Of a stretch of 64,000 nucleotides of DNA, positions 50,953 through 61,000 are shown in pieces. The stretch lies in NCBI GenBank assembly GCA_963743765.1, contig CAVUQQ010000004.1:389632-453631 (forward strand). Reading direction: 5' to 3'. This DNA comes from an uncultured Alphaproteobacteria bacterium. GTDB lineage: Bacteria > Pseudomonadota > Alphaproteobacteria > Micropepsales > Micropepsaceae. The notes under the pieces are model-generated. The model was not told the origin of the DNA. It ran no database searches and was given only the letters and a program-made list of their open reading frames with translations. Both the position numbers and the translations under genes were made by a program. Numbering within the stretch: the stretch's first letter is position 1; every line of letters begins with the position of its first letter.

Positions 50953-52362
50953 CTAGCCTGTCAGTCCGCCGAGAAGACCCGGCAGCCTTATCCTGATCGT
51001 TGTGCCGTTTGGTTGTGTCTCGGGCGGCCGGATTGTGCCGCCGAGCTGGCGGACAAAGATTGCGACATAGTCGGAGCCGCGCTTTTCCGGAACGTCGCTG
51101 GCGTCCTTGTCTTTCATCCCGACCCCGTTGTCGGCCACGGTGAGCTCCACTTCGTCGCCGTCGCGCCGCAGGCCTACAACGACACGGCCGGCGCCGCCCG
51201 GAAAGGCGTGCTTGATCGCGTTCGTTGCCAGTTCGTTGACAAGCAGTCCGAACGGTACGGCACGATCGGGGTCGATTTCCAGCTCCGACGCCCTGACCTC
51301 GAGCGTTATGTTCGTTCCGGTCGCCAGCAGGCTCGATGACATCGTCTTGGCGATTTCGCGCAGATAGGCATCGGCCGCGATCGCGCTGCCGCGGCTGGAT
51401 TGGGAAATCAGATCGTAAAGTTGCGCGATGGCCGCAATGCGCGACTGCATCGCGCGGTAACCTTGCACGCACGGAGCAGTCGTTTGCTTGACTTCAAAGG
51501 CGATCAAACCAACGATGATCTGAAGATTGTTTTTGATGCGGTGAGAGATTTCGTTCGTCAGCATCAGCGCATCGCGTTCACGCTGCTTTCTGTCCGTGAT
51601 GTCTTCGAAGACGAGAAGCATGCGATGCGAATGATTTCCGGGCTGGGATATCTTGCGGGCGTTCAGATTGAAGACGCGCCGGCCGAGGCCCGGAAAGTCG
51701 TCCTCGATCTCAAAGCTCTCGATCGGCTTGTTTTCCGGCAGCACTTTTTCCATCAAATGGCGTAGCGCCGGCACGTCCCATTGGTGCTGACCCAGCTCCG
51801 ACACGCGCCGGCCACGCGCATCGGCCTGCGTGATGCCGAACATCGTCAGAAACGCCTTGCTGGCGGTCAGGATCGTCATGTCCTGTTCAAGCACGACCAG
51901 CGGATCGCGAATCGTATCTACGATGCTTTGGGTCAGTTGCCAGTTTCGCCGGCTATCCTCACGCGCCGCCCGTTCGCTGCTGACGTCTTCTATGGCCAGG
52001 ACGACGAAACCCGTTTTGTCGCCGGGCCGAAGCACCTTGCGCGCACTCAGCACCATTGTGCGCCGGCCGATGGCCGGAAAGTCGTGATCGACTTCAAAGC
52101 CTTCGAGAGACGTTCCGAGCCGGATGACGTCCTCGAGCAACCCGTGCAACGCGGGAATGTCCCACTGCCTGCTGCCCAGTTCGTACAGTTGGCGGCCAAG
52201 CGTCTTGTCGGGACTGGTTCGAAAGTCGTGATAGAAGGCGCTATTGGCCGATATGATGTTCAGATTGCTATCGAGAATGAGCAGCGCACTGGGCACGATT
52301 TCGACGATGTCGCTCGCATCGAGGTCGCGTTCGGTGTTTTTACCGGGCACAGGATGAGACAT
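50953..52362 (-). CDS. soluble PAS-PAS HisKA_2 histidine kinase
   Basis: Two related PAS repeats (QWD.PAL..L), EISHRIKNNLQ, NELATNAIKHAF, V.DNGVG. Confidence 0.92.
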   Translation of the reverse strand: MSHPVPGKNTERDLDASDIVEIVPSALLILDSNLNIISANSAFYHDFRTSPDKTLGRQLYELGSRQWDIPALHGLLEDVIRLGTSLEGFEVDHDFPAIGRRTMVLSARKVLRPGDKTGFVVLAIEDVSSERAAREDSRRNWQLTQSIVDTIRDPLVVLEQDMTILTASKAFLTMFGITQADARGRRVSELGQHQWDVPALRHLMEKVLPENKPIESFEIEDDFPGLGRRVFNLNARKISQPGNHSHRMLLVFEDITDRKQRERDALMLTNEISHRIKNNLQIIVGLIAFEVKQTTAPCVQGYRAMQSRIAAIAQLYDLISQSSRGSAIAADAYLREIAKTMSSSLLATGTNITLEVRASELEIDPDRAVPFGLLVNELATNAIKHAFPGGAGRVVVGLRRDGDEVELTVADNGVGMKDKDASDVPEKRGSDYVAIFVRQLGGTIRPPETQPNGTTIRIRLPGLLGGLTG

Positions 52363-52391
52363 GGCGTACGCTTCCCCGGAACTGTGCCGCT

Positions 52392-52763
52392 TCAGGTAGT
52401 CGGTGCGAGCAAATGTCCAATAGAGTTCAGCAACTGGCTTTCAGAGTAGGGCTTACGCAAGCACTCCGTGCCTTTGACGAACATGGACTTCATCTTATCG
52501 GTTACGAAATTGCCGGTCGTGTAGAGGACGCGCAGTTCCGGACGAAGTTTGATCGCCTGACGCGCCAAATTGCAGCCACCCAGTACGTCTGACTTCAGGT
52601 AGATATCCGTGAAGAGCGCGTCAATGCGCTGTGGTTCTCGCAATTGCAGAAGCGCCTCGCCCACATCGCTCGCCGACAGGATTTCGTGACCCCAGTCCTG
52701 TATCATCATCTCGGCTATTTCGCGGATGAACACGTCATCCTCGACAACCAATATCACGGCCAT
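52392..52763 (-). CDS. single-domain response regulator
   Basis: ILVVEDD, LFTD, YTTG, LRKPY. Confidence 0.92.
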   Translation of the reverse strand: MAVILVVEDDVFIREIAEMMIQDWGHEILSASDVGEALLQLREPQRIDALFTDIYLKSDVLGGCNLARQAIKLRPELRVLYTTGNFVTDKMKSMFVKGTECLRKPYSESQLLNSIGHLLAPTT

Positions 52764-52869
52764 GAAAACCCTCTCCGTCGTGACGACGCACGGTACCGAA
52801 AAACCGGTTCCCTTGCTGACGGTTTCGCAACCGGCAGAGCCCGCCTGCCACGATCAGGGCAAATAGGTT

Positions 52870-52894
52870 AACTCACCGCGACGAAAAGAGTTCC
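52870..52894 (-). promoter_or_regulatory. EcfG-type promoter of the receiver/kinase pair
   Basis: GGAAC-tcttttcgtcgcggtg-AGTT (N16, one mismatch). Confidence 0.55.
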
Positions 52895-52981
52895 ACGACG
52901 ACCGGCGCGCGAGACACGACGGACGTACGCCTGGCGCGCGCCCAGCACTAAGTAAGTGAATTCATTGACGTCTCCGACGCC

Positions 52982-54745
52982 TTAGATCGCTGGCGGGCTG
53001 TACGGGTCATTGAACACCAATTCGACGCGGGTGCCCCTGCCGGGCTCGGAGTGCACGGTCGAGGCCCCGCCGATTTGCTGGCCAAATGTCCCGATCAGGC
53101 GGCCGCCGAGCCCGATCGAGGAGTTCGAAGACACAAACCCGATGCCATTGTCTTCAATGGCAAGGCAAAGCTTGCCGTCTTCCACGGGCGACAGGGACAG
53201 GGAAATCACACCATCGGATCCCGGAGGAAAAGCGTATTTGAAGATGTTGGTGAGCGCTTCGGCGACGAAGAGCGCAACCGGCACGGCCAAATCGCCCGAA
53301 ACGTTGCGCGAAACGACGTCCTCCTCGATCCGCACATGGGTGTGTTCGTGGCGCATGCCTTCGGCGATCTGTTGCGTCAGCTCATGCAGCAGGCGCTTCA
53401 GATCCACAGTCGTGAGGTCTTCGATTTCATGAAGTATGCGATGCACCAGTGCGAGCGCGTTGATGCGGACCTGCGCCTGCGTGAGCGCATCGCGGGCCGC
53501 GGGATCGCGCAGCTGTCCGGCCTGCAAGCTCAACAAGCTCATGACGATCTGGAGATTGTTCTTTACCCGGTGGTGAATCTCGCGAATGAGGATCGACTTT
53601 TGTTCGAGGGCGTCGCGCAAGCGGCGATCGCGGTCCTGGATCGACGACGCCATCTCCGCCAGGCCGTCGCCGAGGGAGCGGAATTCGCTCGGCGCACCGT
53701 CCAGTTGCGGGCGAATGGAGTAATGGCCGCTTCGATACGCAGCCGAAAAGCGCCGCAGATACAAAATCCAGCGCGTCACCACGCTTTCGGCGGCGAACCA
53801 GATACCGGTCCAGGCGAGGCCGATCATCAAGATCGGCATCAGGAAGTCGGCGCCCACATGCAGGTAGGTCGAACCGAAAAGGACGCTTCTTCGCATGGCG
53901 AACGCGACCGTCAAGGCTCCACCGTGCAGCGGCGCTGCCGCGAAAGTCCAGTTGTCGCCGCTCGCGTCGACGCCATCGCGAAGAATTTCGGTGCTGTTAT
54001 GCGGCGTGGAATGCGCCGCCAGCGCCTTCGCTACGTTCGGATCGCTGGATGCCAGGACGTGTCCGGCGGCATCGTAGATGAACACGACTGCGCCGTCGGA
54101 CAAGTCGCTTGAGCGCACCAGCAACTCCAGCCAATGAATATCGAGCGTGATCGTGAGCGTGCCGTCGAACACGCCCGACTCGGTATAAATCGGAAGCATG
54201 CCGGCAATGACGGGCCGTTTGAGAACGACGCTTTGGATCTCGCCGCTGACGACAAACTTCTTTACATGTCTTGCTTGTTGGAAAATCGGTTGCTGGGCGG
54301 AATTTACGCCCACCGCGCTCGGAAGGGCGGAACACACAACGACGCCGTTCTTGTCCATTCGCGCGAGGTTGCTGAAATAGCTGACACCGATCAGCGCGTC
54401 GCTGAGGTCGGATGCGCAACCGGCGCTGACCGTCCGCACGGCGGTGAGATTGGAAATGGCGCGCGTGACCTGCTCGGCCGATGCGAGGACGTTTTCCTCG
54501 TCGCTCGCTGCGCTCAGGGCCGATTTTACGAGGCGCTCGTGAATAGTGGCGACGTCCGCCTGTGCGCGTTCGATTCCTTGCAGGATGCTGAAAATCGCGA
54601 TGGGCAAAAGCGCAACGGTGACGAACAGCAGAAGCCGGAAACGGAGCGACCAGCTACGCTCAGAGGGAAGGTCCTTTGCGTCTGCGCTGGGCAGTGACGT
54701 CTCGGTCCGCGGGCGTGAGGCGATCCAATTGCGCCATAATCTCAC
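52982..54745 (-). CDS. membrane HisKA_2 sensor kinase with periplasmic Cache-like domain (PhyK-like position)
   Basis: Two TMs, EIHHRVKNNLQ, EALTN..KYAF, IEDNGIG; start uncertain (GTG 54745 after GGAGAAG). Confidence 0.9.
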   Translation of the reverse strand: MRLWRNWIASRPRTETSLPSADAKDLPSERSWSLRFRLLLFVTVALLPIAIFSILQGIERAQADVATIHERLVKSALSAASDEENVLASAEQVTRAISNLTAVRTVSAGCASDLSDALIGVSYFSNLARMDKNGVVVCSALPSAVGVNSAQQPIFQQARHVKKFVVSGEIQSVVLKRPVIAGMLPIYTESGVFDGTLTITLDIHWLELLVRSSDLSDGAVVFIYDAAGHVLASSDPNVAKALAAHSTPHNSTEILRDGVDASGDNWTFAAAPLHGGALTVAFAMRRSVLFGSTYLHVGADFLMPILMIGLAWTGIWFAAESVVTRWILYLRRFSAAYRSGHYSIRPQLDGAPSEFRSLGDGLAEMASSIQDRDRRLRDALEQKSILIREIHHRVKNNLQIVMSLLSLQAGQLRDPAARDALTQAQVRINALALVHRILHEIEDLTTVDLKRLLHELTQQIAEGMRHEHTHVRIEEDVVSRNVSGDLAVPVALFVAEALTNIFKYAFPPGSDGVISLSLSPVEDGKLCLAIEDNGIGFVSSNSSIGLGGRLIGTFGQQIGGASTVHSEPGRGTRVELVFNDPYSPPAI

Positions 54746-55319
54746 GAGCAGCTTCTCCTTGGGCGGGTCGGTCGGAGGGTGGCAGCGCCTGCTCACCATC
54801 AAGAATTGCAACCAGCGCCTTGCGCGCACGGGCGACGCGACTCTTCACGGTTCCGACGGCGCAATTGCTGATCCTGGCGGCCTCTTCGTAAGCGAAGCCG
54901 CCGGCGCCGACCAGAATGAGGGCTTCGCGCTGTTCGATCGGCAGCGCCTTCAGCGCGCGCGCCGTGTCGGACAATTCCGCTGCCCAGGTCTGCCCGCCGC
55001 TGCTGCCCGGAATGCGTTCCGCAGCTTCGGCATCCCAGGGCGTCTGCCGCCAGGCACGACGGCGATCCGAGTAAAACTGGTTTCGCAGAATCGTAAAGAG
55101 CCAAGCCTTCAGGTTGGTGCCGGGAACAAAGGAAGCGCGCGATTGCCATGCCTTGACGAGCGTCTCCTGCGCGAGATCGTCCGCGCCCTCATGCCTGCCG
55201 GTGAGCGAGCGCGCAAAGGCGCGCAAGAACGGGACAAGCGCCAGCAGATCGGCCTTGAACTGTGCCGAATCCGGAGCGCGGTCTGTTCTCTCCGCAGGGT
55301 TTTCATGCGGTGCGGTCAA
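54660..55319 (-). CDS. ecfG: ECF15 sigma factor EcfG (SigT/RpoE2-like)
   Basis: LRAFARSL, ADDLAQETLVKAW, PGTNLKAWLFTILRN, YEEAA.I..CAVGTVKSRVARAR; downstream of nepR. Confidence 0.93.
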   Translation of the reverse strand: MTAPHENPAERTDRAPDSAQFKADLLALVPFLRAFARSLTGRHEGADDLAQETLVKAWQSRASFVPGTNLKAWLFTILRNQFYSDRRRAWRQTPWDAEAAERIPGSSGGQTWAAELSDTARALKALPIEQREALILVGAGGFAYEEAARISNCAVGTVKSRVARARKALVAILDGEQALPPSDRPAQGEAAREIMAQLDRLTPADRDVTAQRRRKGPSL

Positions 55320-55504
55320 TTAGAACCCTTCTCTGAAGAATCCTCGGCGCCTGCATCCATCTTTTTGAGGAGGTCCATGAATTCGTCGGGCACAGGTTCC
55401 TGCACCACGGTGTCGTAAATGCGCCGGAGCTCGCGCCCGATCACCTGCTGGCGTGCACGCGCGGCACGGTTCTTCTCACGATTAGGAGATTTTTCCTTGG
55501 ACAA
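55316..55504 (-). CDS. nepR: anti-sigma factor NepR
   Basis: IGRELRRIYDTVVQEPVPDEFMDLL. Confidence 0.92.
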   Translation of the reverse strand: MSKEKSPNREKNRAARARQQVIGRELRRIYDTVVQEPVPDEFMDLLKKMDAGAEDSSEKGSN

Positions 55505-55622
55505 AGCTTATACCTGCTGCTGCGACGCAACAAAAAACAATCGACCCATCAAGATCATAGCCTTCATTTCCCTCTGCTCCTTCGATTGCTCCCGCCTAGC
55601 CTTTTTTTCCCTGACGCATAGA

Positions 55623-55647
55623 AACGGTTCATGGCCAGAATGGTTCC
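55623..55647 (-). promoter_or_regulatory. EcfG promoter of nepR-ecfG-kinase
   Basis: GGAAC-cattctggccatgaac-CGTT (N16). Confidence 0.85.
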
Positions 55648-55657
55648 GGAATCTGGC

Positions 55658-55682
55658 GGAACTTTCTTTCGGCCGGAGCATT
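55658..55682 (+). promoter_or_regulatory. EcfG promoter of phyR
   Basis: GGAAC-tttctttcggccggag-CATT (N16). Confidence 0.75.
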
Positions 55683-55730
55683 TACGTCTCGTTGACTGGT
55701 TATTCCACCAGCCTTGGGAGCAGATATTCC

Positions 55731-56534
55731 ATGAGCATGACGCAATCTTTTGCACCGCATCTTCCCTATCTTCGCCGCTATGCGCGCGCACTTGCGGGCT
55801 CCCAGAGCAGTGGAGACGCCTATGTGCGCGCTGCACTTTCGGCGCTGCTGGAAGGCAATCAAACCGTCGCCGAGGGTGTATCGCCCCGAGTCGGACTCTA
55901 TCGCGTCTTCCACGCGATCTGGTCGAGCGCGTCGGGCCTTGTCGAAGACGGCATGCCGCCGAACCAGGATGGCCAGAAGACCTCAGCTCCCGAAGCACGT
56001 CTTGCGATGCTCGATGTTCAGAAGCGCTCGGCGCTTCTTCTGACGGCAGTCGAGTCGTTCAGTCTGGAAGATGCCGCCTTTATCGTGGATGAAACGCCCG
56101 AGGACGTCGAACGTGCCATCCTGGATGCGCAGAATTTGATCGATCGCCAGCTCGTTTCGCGCGTGCTGATCATCGAAGACGAGCCAATCATCGCGCTCGA
56201 TCTGGAGAATCTCGTCACCGAATTGGGCCATCAGGTGGTCGGCGTTGCCGCCACGCGCAAGGAAGCCGTCGCCAAGGCGCTGTCGGAAAAACCCGGCCTG
56301 GTACTCGCCGATATCAATCTGGGCGAAGGCGGATCCGGCATCGATGCCGTAGCGGACATCCTCAACAGCTTCGACATCCCCGTCATCTTCATCACGGCCT
56401 ATCCGGAGAAACTGCTCACGGGCGAGCGTCCGGAACCCACCTATCTCGTCGCCAAGCCGTTTCTTCCGGAAACCGTTCAGGCAACCGTCGGCCAGGCGCT
56501 GTTCTTCCACACCGCACGGCAAAAGGTCGCCTGA
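55731..56534 (+). CDS. phyR: anti-anti-sigma response regulator PhyR
   Basis: Sigma-like N-domain PHLPYLRRYARAL.GSQ.SGD; receiver IIEDEPIIA, LADINL, FITAYPEKLLTGERPEP. Confidence 0.95.
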   Translation: MSMTQSFAPHLPYLRRYARALAGSQSSGDAYVRAALSALLEGNQTVAEGVSPRVGLYRVFHAIWSSASGLVEDGMPPNQDGQKTSAPEARLAMLDVQKRSALLLTAVESFSLEDAAFIVDETPEDVERAILDAQNLIDRQLVSRVLIIEDEPIIALDLENLVTELGHQVVGVAATRKEAVAKALSEKPGLVLADINLGEGGSGIDAVADILNSFDIPVIFITAYPEKLLTGERPEPTYLVAKPFLPETVQATVGQALFFHTARQKVA

Positions 56535-56546
56535 TAACCGAAAAGA

Positions 56547-56580
56547 AAACCTGCGCGGGCATAGGTTGCCCGCGCAGTTT
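56547..56580. terminator. bidirectional terminator
   Basis: CTGCGCGGGCA-taggt-TGCCCGCGCAG flanked by A and T runs, between convergent genes. Confidence 0.8.
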
Positions 56581-56585
56581 CCGAT

Positions 56586-57068
56586 TCAGGGCGTGAGCTT
56601 CAGGCTGATCTCACCGACGCCTGCGGCTACGTTCAGACCCTCATTGCCGGATACGCTGAGCGGCTGAAGGGCGAACGAATGATCAAAACCGCCGATCAGG
56701 ACATTGGCGCCTGCGCCGACACCAACTGTTGCGCTCGCACTGGCGCCGACATAGTCACCGTCGAGCGAGCCCGGGCGAATGTCTGAACTCGGTGCAACCA
56801 CGCCCCAGACGAGAACGCCACCTTCGGTGTAACCGATATCGACGCCGAATTTGGAGATCGAGCCGGAATAGTGTTCCACGTGCCGGTCATGCTGGCGGAA
56901 TGTGCAATGCAGATCCTTGGACGAGCCAAAGACGAAGCCCCAGCCGCTTGCGACGTTGCAGGTCAATGTACCGACATTGACGCCGTGCGGCGCGGCCTGC
57001 GCCGGCGCGGCAAGCCCTATTGCACCAAGCGCGGCGGCGCTCATCATCAGGCGAGAGAGTTTTTTCAT
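56586..57068 (-). CDS. DUF992 family secreted protein (copy 2)
   Basis: APHGVNVGTLTCNVASGWGFVFGSSKDLHCTFR; close paralog of 36824-37312. Confidence 0.88.
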   Translation of the reverse strand: MKKLSRLMMSAAALGAIGLAAPAQAAPHGVNVGTLTCNVASGWGFVFGSSKDLHCTFRQHDRHVEHYSGSISKFGVDIGYTEGGVLVWGVVAPSSDIRPGSLDGDYVGASASATVGVGAGANVLIGGFDHSFALQPLSVSGNEGLNVAAGVGEISLKLTP

Positions 57069-57153
57069 TTCGACAGGTCCTTTGTTGTGAAGAGTTTCGC
57101 GCGAGTCCAAGTCAGGCGCGCCAAATGCGCTCAACGGCGAGCGGCAGTCGAAC

Positions 57154-57178
57154 AACGCCCGGCGACGCTTTTGGTTTC
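57154..57178 (-). promoter_or_regulatory. EcfG-type promoter of DUF992 copy 2
   Basis: GAAAC-caaaagcgtcgccggg-CGTT (N16, one mismatch). Confidence 0.6.
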
Positions 57179-57216
57179 ACGCCGTCTGCGTAGATAAAGG
57201 TCGATAATCCGGCTAA

Positions 57217-57834
57217 TCAGCGGAAATGCCAGTAGCCGTCCCGCTCGTAGCAGGCGGTGCCGTCATGCTGGTAGGGCTGCCCGTGACGATATGTCGTGAC
57301 CGTGAATTCACGGCAGCGCAGTCCGCCATCACTAAATTCCCGCGTCGGCGTGAAGTAGCCATAGTCATTGCCGTGGTGCCACTCGTAGCGGCGGTCGAGG
57401 TCGCCGTTCAGCCCTTCGGCGTAGACATTGAATGCGTCGCGCTGGGCATCGCAATCAACGTCGCGCGAGAGCGCATTGCCCAGCAATCCGCCCAACAGAA
57501 CGCCGCCGACGACGGCGCCGGCGTTGCCGTGACTGGCCGCACCGCCGATCAGGCCGCCGCCGATGGCGCCGAAGACCGTTCCGGCGGCGCTGTTTCCCGC
57601 GCGGCAATTCCGCTCATAGTCGCCTTCGCGATAATAGTTCGCAGGCGGCCCTGCGTCCGAATCCTCGTTGTTCATGTGCCTGTAATGGCCGTCTCGATCA
57701 TAGTAGCCCGCATGATCGCTGCGGCTATAATAGCCATCCGGATCGGGATTTTCGTCCGATTGGGCGAGCGCGGCGCCGGCCCCCAGAATAATGGCGGCCG
57801 TGCCGGCCAGATACATTGCAATTCGCTTTTTCAT
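57217..57834 (-). CDS. secreted glycine-zipper / 17-kDa surface-antigen-like protein
   Basis: Signal peptide; AAGTVFGAIGGGLIG..GAVVGGVLLGGLLG; CREF..GTAC..DG.W. Confidence 0.85.
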   Translation of the reverse strand: MKKRIAMYLAGTAAIILGAGAALAQSDENPDPDGYYSRSDHAGYYDRDGHYRHMNNEDSDAGPPANYYREGDYERNCRAGNSAAGTVFGAIGGGLIGGAASHGNAGAVVGGVLLGGLLGNALSRDVDCDAQRDAFNVYAEGLNGDLDRRYEWHHGNDYGYFTPTREFSDGGLRCREFTVTTYRHGQPYQHDGTACYERDGYWHFR

Positions 57835-57867
57835 GATCGGCCATGCCTCGGGAAGGTTCCTGGCGAC

Positions 57868-57892
57868 AACGCAGCGCCTGACGATATGTTCC
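57868..57892 (-). promoter_or_regulatory. EcfG promoter of the glycine-zipper gene
   Basis: GGAAC-atatcgtcaggcgctg-CGTT (N16). Confidence 0.8.
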
Positions 57893-57940
57893 AGCTTGCG
57901 ATAACAATCGTACGCCAGCTTCCCAAAACGTTGGCAGTAT

Positions 57941-57965
57941 GGAACTTTGTACAGTCTGGAGCGTT
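57941..57965 (+). promoter_or_regulatory. EcfG promoter of the glucan synthase gene
   Basis: GGAAC-tttgtacagtctggag-CGTT (N16). Confidence 0.8.
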
Positions 57966-58076
57966 GCCGCACTGACTGTGACTCCACTAGGCAATCCGTC
58001 AGGCCGTAACCGGCATTGATGAGCCTCGCGCCTCACTCATGGTCGGTTAGACAGCAACCGTGCGGGGCGCAGCGCC

Positions 58077-61000
58077 ATGAACTACTACAACTACGGGGCC
58101 AATCGCCAACGGGCCTCCGAACCCATCGACGGTCTTATCCGGGCCGAGCTCTTCAGTATCGAACGGCTCGAGCAGCACGCAGCAAGCCTCGCGGCGGCAC
58201 AACGCGTCGCTCCCGCCAGCGCCGCGGGACGGCCGATGGCGTCCCGACTTGCCGACAATGGAAAGGTCCTGGCGGAAGCGTACCACTCGATCGTTCAGGC
58301 GACGCGCGAAAATCAGCCTATTCCGCCAGCCGCGGAGTGGCTGCTGGACAACTACCATGTCGTCGACGAGCAAATCCGCGAGATCAAGGACGATCTGCCA
58401 CCGGGATTCTACCGCAGGCTGCCGAAACTGGCGGAAGGCCCGCTTGAAGGTTATCCGCGCGTATTCGGCATCGCCTGGGCGGTCGTGGCGCACACCGACA
58501 GCGCCCTCGATGTTCACAAGCTGACGCGCTTCGTCGAAGCCTATCAGCGTGTCCAACCGCTGACGATCGGCGAGCTCTGGGCCATCGCAATTACTTTGCG
58601 CATCACCTTGGTCGAGAACCTGCGCCGTGTGGCGGAAGGCATCACGCTGAGGTTGGCCGCCAGTCGACGGGCGGATGCGCTTGCCGATCGTCTGCTCGAC
58701 ACGGACAGCAAAATGACCACTTCCGCGCTGATCGAGAGCCTTGAAAAAGTTCCGTGGTCGTCGGCCTTCGCGGTGCAGCTTGCCCAACGCCTTCGCGACC
58801 GGGACCCCAACGTGACACCGGCGTTGCGCTGGCTCGACGAAAGGCTGGCGACAGAAGGTATTTCCACGGACGTCATCGTGCGCGACGAACTCCAGTTCCA
58901 GAGCGCGATGAACGTAACCGTGCGCAACATCGTCACCAGTATGCGATTGATTTCCGCGATCAACTGGCCTGATTTCTTCGAAAACGTCAGCCTGGTCGAC
59001 GTGGTGATGCGCCGCGAAAGCCGGTTCGCGGAACTGGATTTCACGACGCGCGATCACTATCGCCGCGCGATCGAATCTTTGGCCGAACAATCCGGAGTCG
59101 ACGAAATTGACGTCGCTATGCGTGCCGTCGGCGCCGCAAAGCGTGCCGCCAAAGGGCGCAGCGCGTCCGGATACGACAGCGACAGGGATTGCGATCCCGG
59201 CTACTACCTGATCGCCGAAGGACGGCGCGCAATCGAAAGCGAGCTCGGGTGCCGCATTCCGCTTAGTACGGCGATCTATCGAAGTTTTTCCGATGCGGGG
59301 ATCGCTAGCTACGTGGCCGTGGTCACCGTAGCCGCAGCGATCATAGTGATGGTGGGCCTGCTCCTGATCGCGCAGGCCGGTGCCGGCGGCTGGATTCTGG
59401 CTGTGCTGGCGCTCGCTGGCCTTGTGCCGGCATCCGATCTTGCGATCGCCATCACCAATCGCATCATCACCCAACGCGTCGGCGCGATGCAGTTGCCGGG
59501 ACTCGAATTCCGTTCCGGCCTCCCGGATGTTCTTCGCACGATGATCGTCATGCCGACGCTTTTGACATCAAAAGCGTCGATCGACGAGCACATCGAACGG
59601 CTCGAGGTGCACTACCTTGCCAATTCGGACGACAATTTCACGTTTGCCCTTCTTTCCGACTGGGCAGATGCAGACGTGGAAACTGTTCCGGGCGACACCG
59701 CGCTGCTGACAGCAGCCGCAAGCGGAATCGCAGGCCTCAATGCGCGATATGGGCCGACTTCGTCGGGCGACCGGTTCTTGCTGCTGCATCGCCGGCGCGT
59801 CTGGAACTCGGGCGAAGGCGAGTGGATCGGCTGGGAGCGCAAGCGCGGCAAGCTGCACGAACTCAATCGTTTGCTGCGCGGCGCACAGGACACGACTTTT
59901 GTGGCAATCGATGGGCGGCCGGCGTCAGTTCCCCAGGGCGTTCGGTTCGTCATCACGCTCGATGCAGATACCCGCCTTCCGATTTCTGCCGGCCAGCGGC
60001 TGGTGGGCAAGATGGCTCATCCACTCAACCGTCCCCGTTTCGACGTGCGCGAATGCCGCGTTGTGCAGGGTCATGCAATCCTGCAGCCGCGCGTGACGCC
60101 GTCGCTGCCGATGGGTGCGGAGGGCTCGCTCTTCCAGCGCGTGTTTTCCGGGCCCGGCGGTATGGATCCCTATGCGGTCGTCGTTTCCGACGTCTATCAG
60201 GATCTTTACGGTGAAGGGAATTACTGCGGGAAAGGCATCTACGACGTAGACGCCTTCGAAGCGGCACTTCAGGGCCGCATTCCCGTCAACGCCGTTCTGA
60301 GCCACGATCTTCTCGAAGGCATATTCGCGCGCGCCGCACTCGCTTCCGACATCGAAGTCGTCGAGGAATATCCGTCGCGCTACGACGTGGCGGCCGCGCG
60401 CCAGCAACGTTGGGTGCGCGGCGACTGGCAGCTCTTGCCTTGGATCCTGTTCAGGGGCCCGGCGGCCGCGAAGCGGCGGACGGCCATTCCGATCTCCGGC
60501 CGATGGAAACTGCTGGACAATCTGCGCCGTTCGCTCTCCGCGCCGGCGACGCTTCTGTCCCTGCTGTTGGGCTGGTTCCTGCCTTTGCCTGTCGCCGCGT
60601 GCTGGACCGCATTCATTCTCCTGGTCACTGCGCTTCCGGCTCTAATCCCCGCGATTTCGGCGATCGCGCCGCGCCGTGTCGGCATTTCGCAACGCAGCCA
60701 TTGGCGCAGCATCGGCCGCGATCTCGCACTCGGCTTCGTTCAATGTACCTTCACGCTCACATTTCTCGCTCATCAGTCGTGGCTGATGGTCGATGCGATC
60801 GCCAGAACATTCTTCCGCTTGCTCATTTCACGCCGGCATCTGCTCGAATGGGTCACCACCGCGCAATCCAGCGTCGCGCAAGGGCATGACAATCGAAGCC
60901 TCACCACACAGATTGCGGCAAGCGCCGGATTCGCCAGCGCGATGGGCCTGGCCAGCGCCGCGTTGGGGCATGGCACATGGCCCTTGGCGGTACCCTTCGG

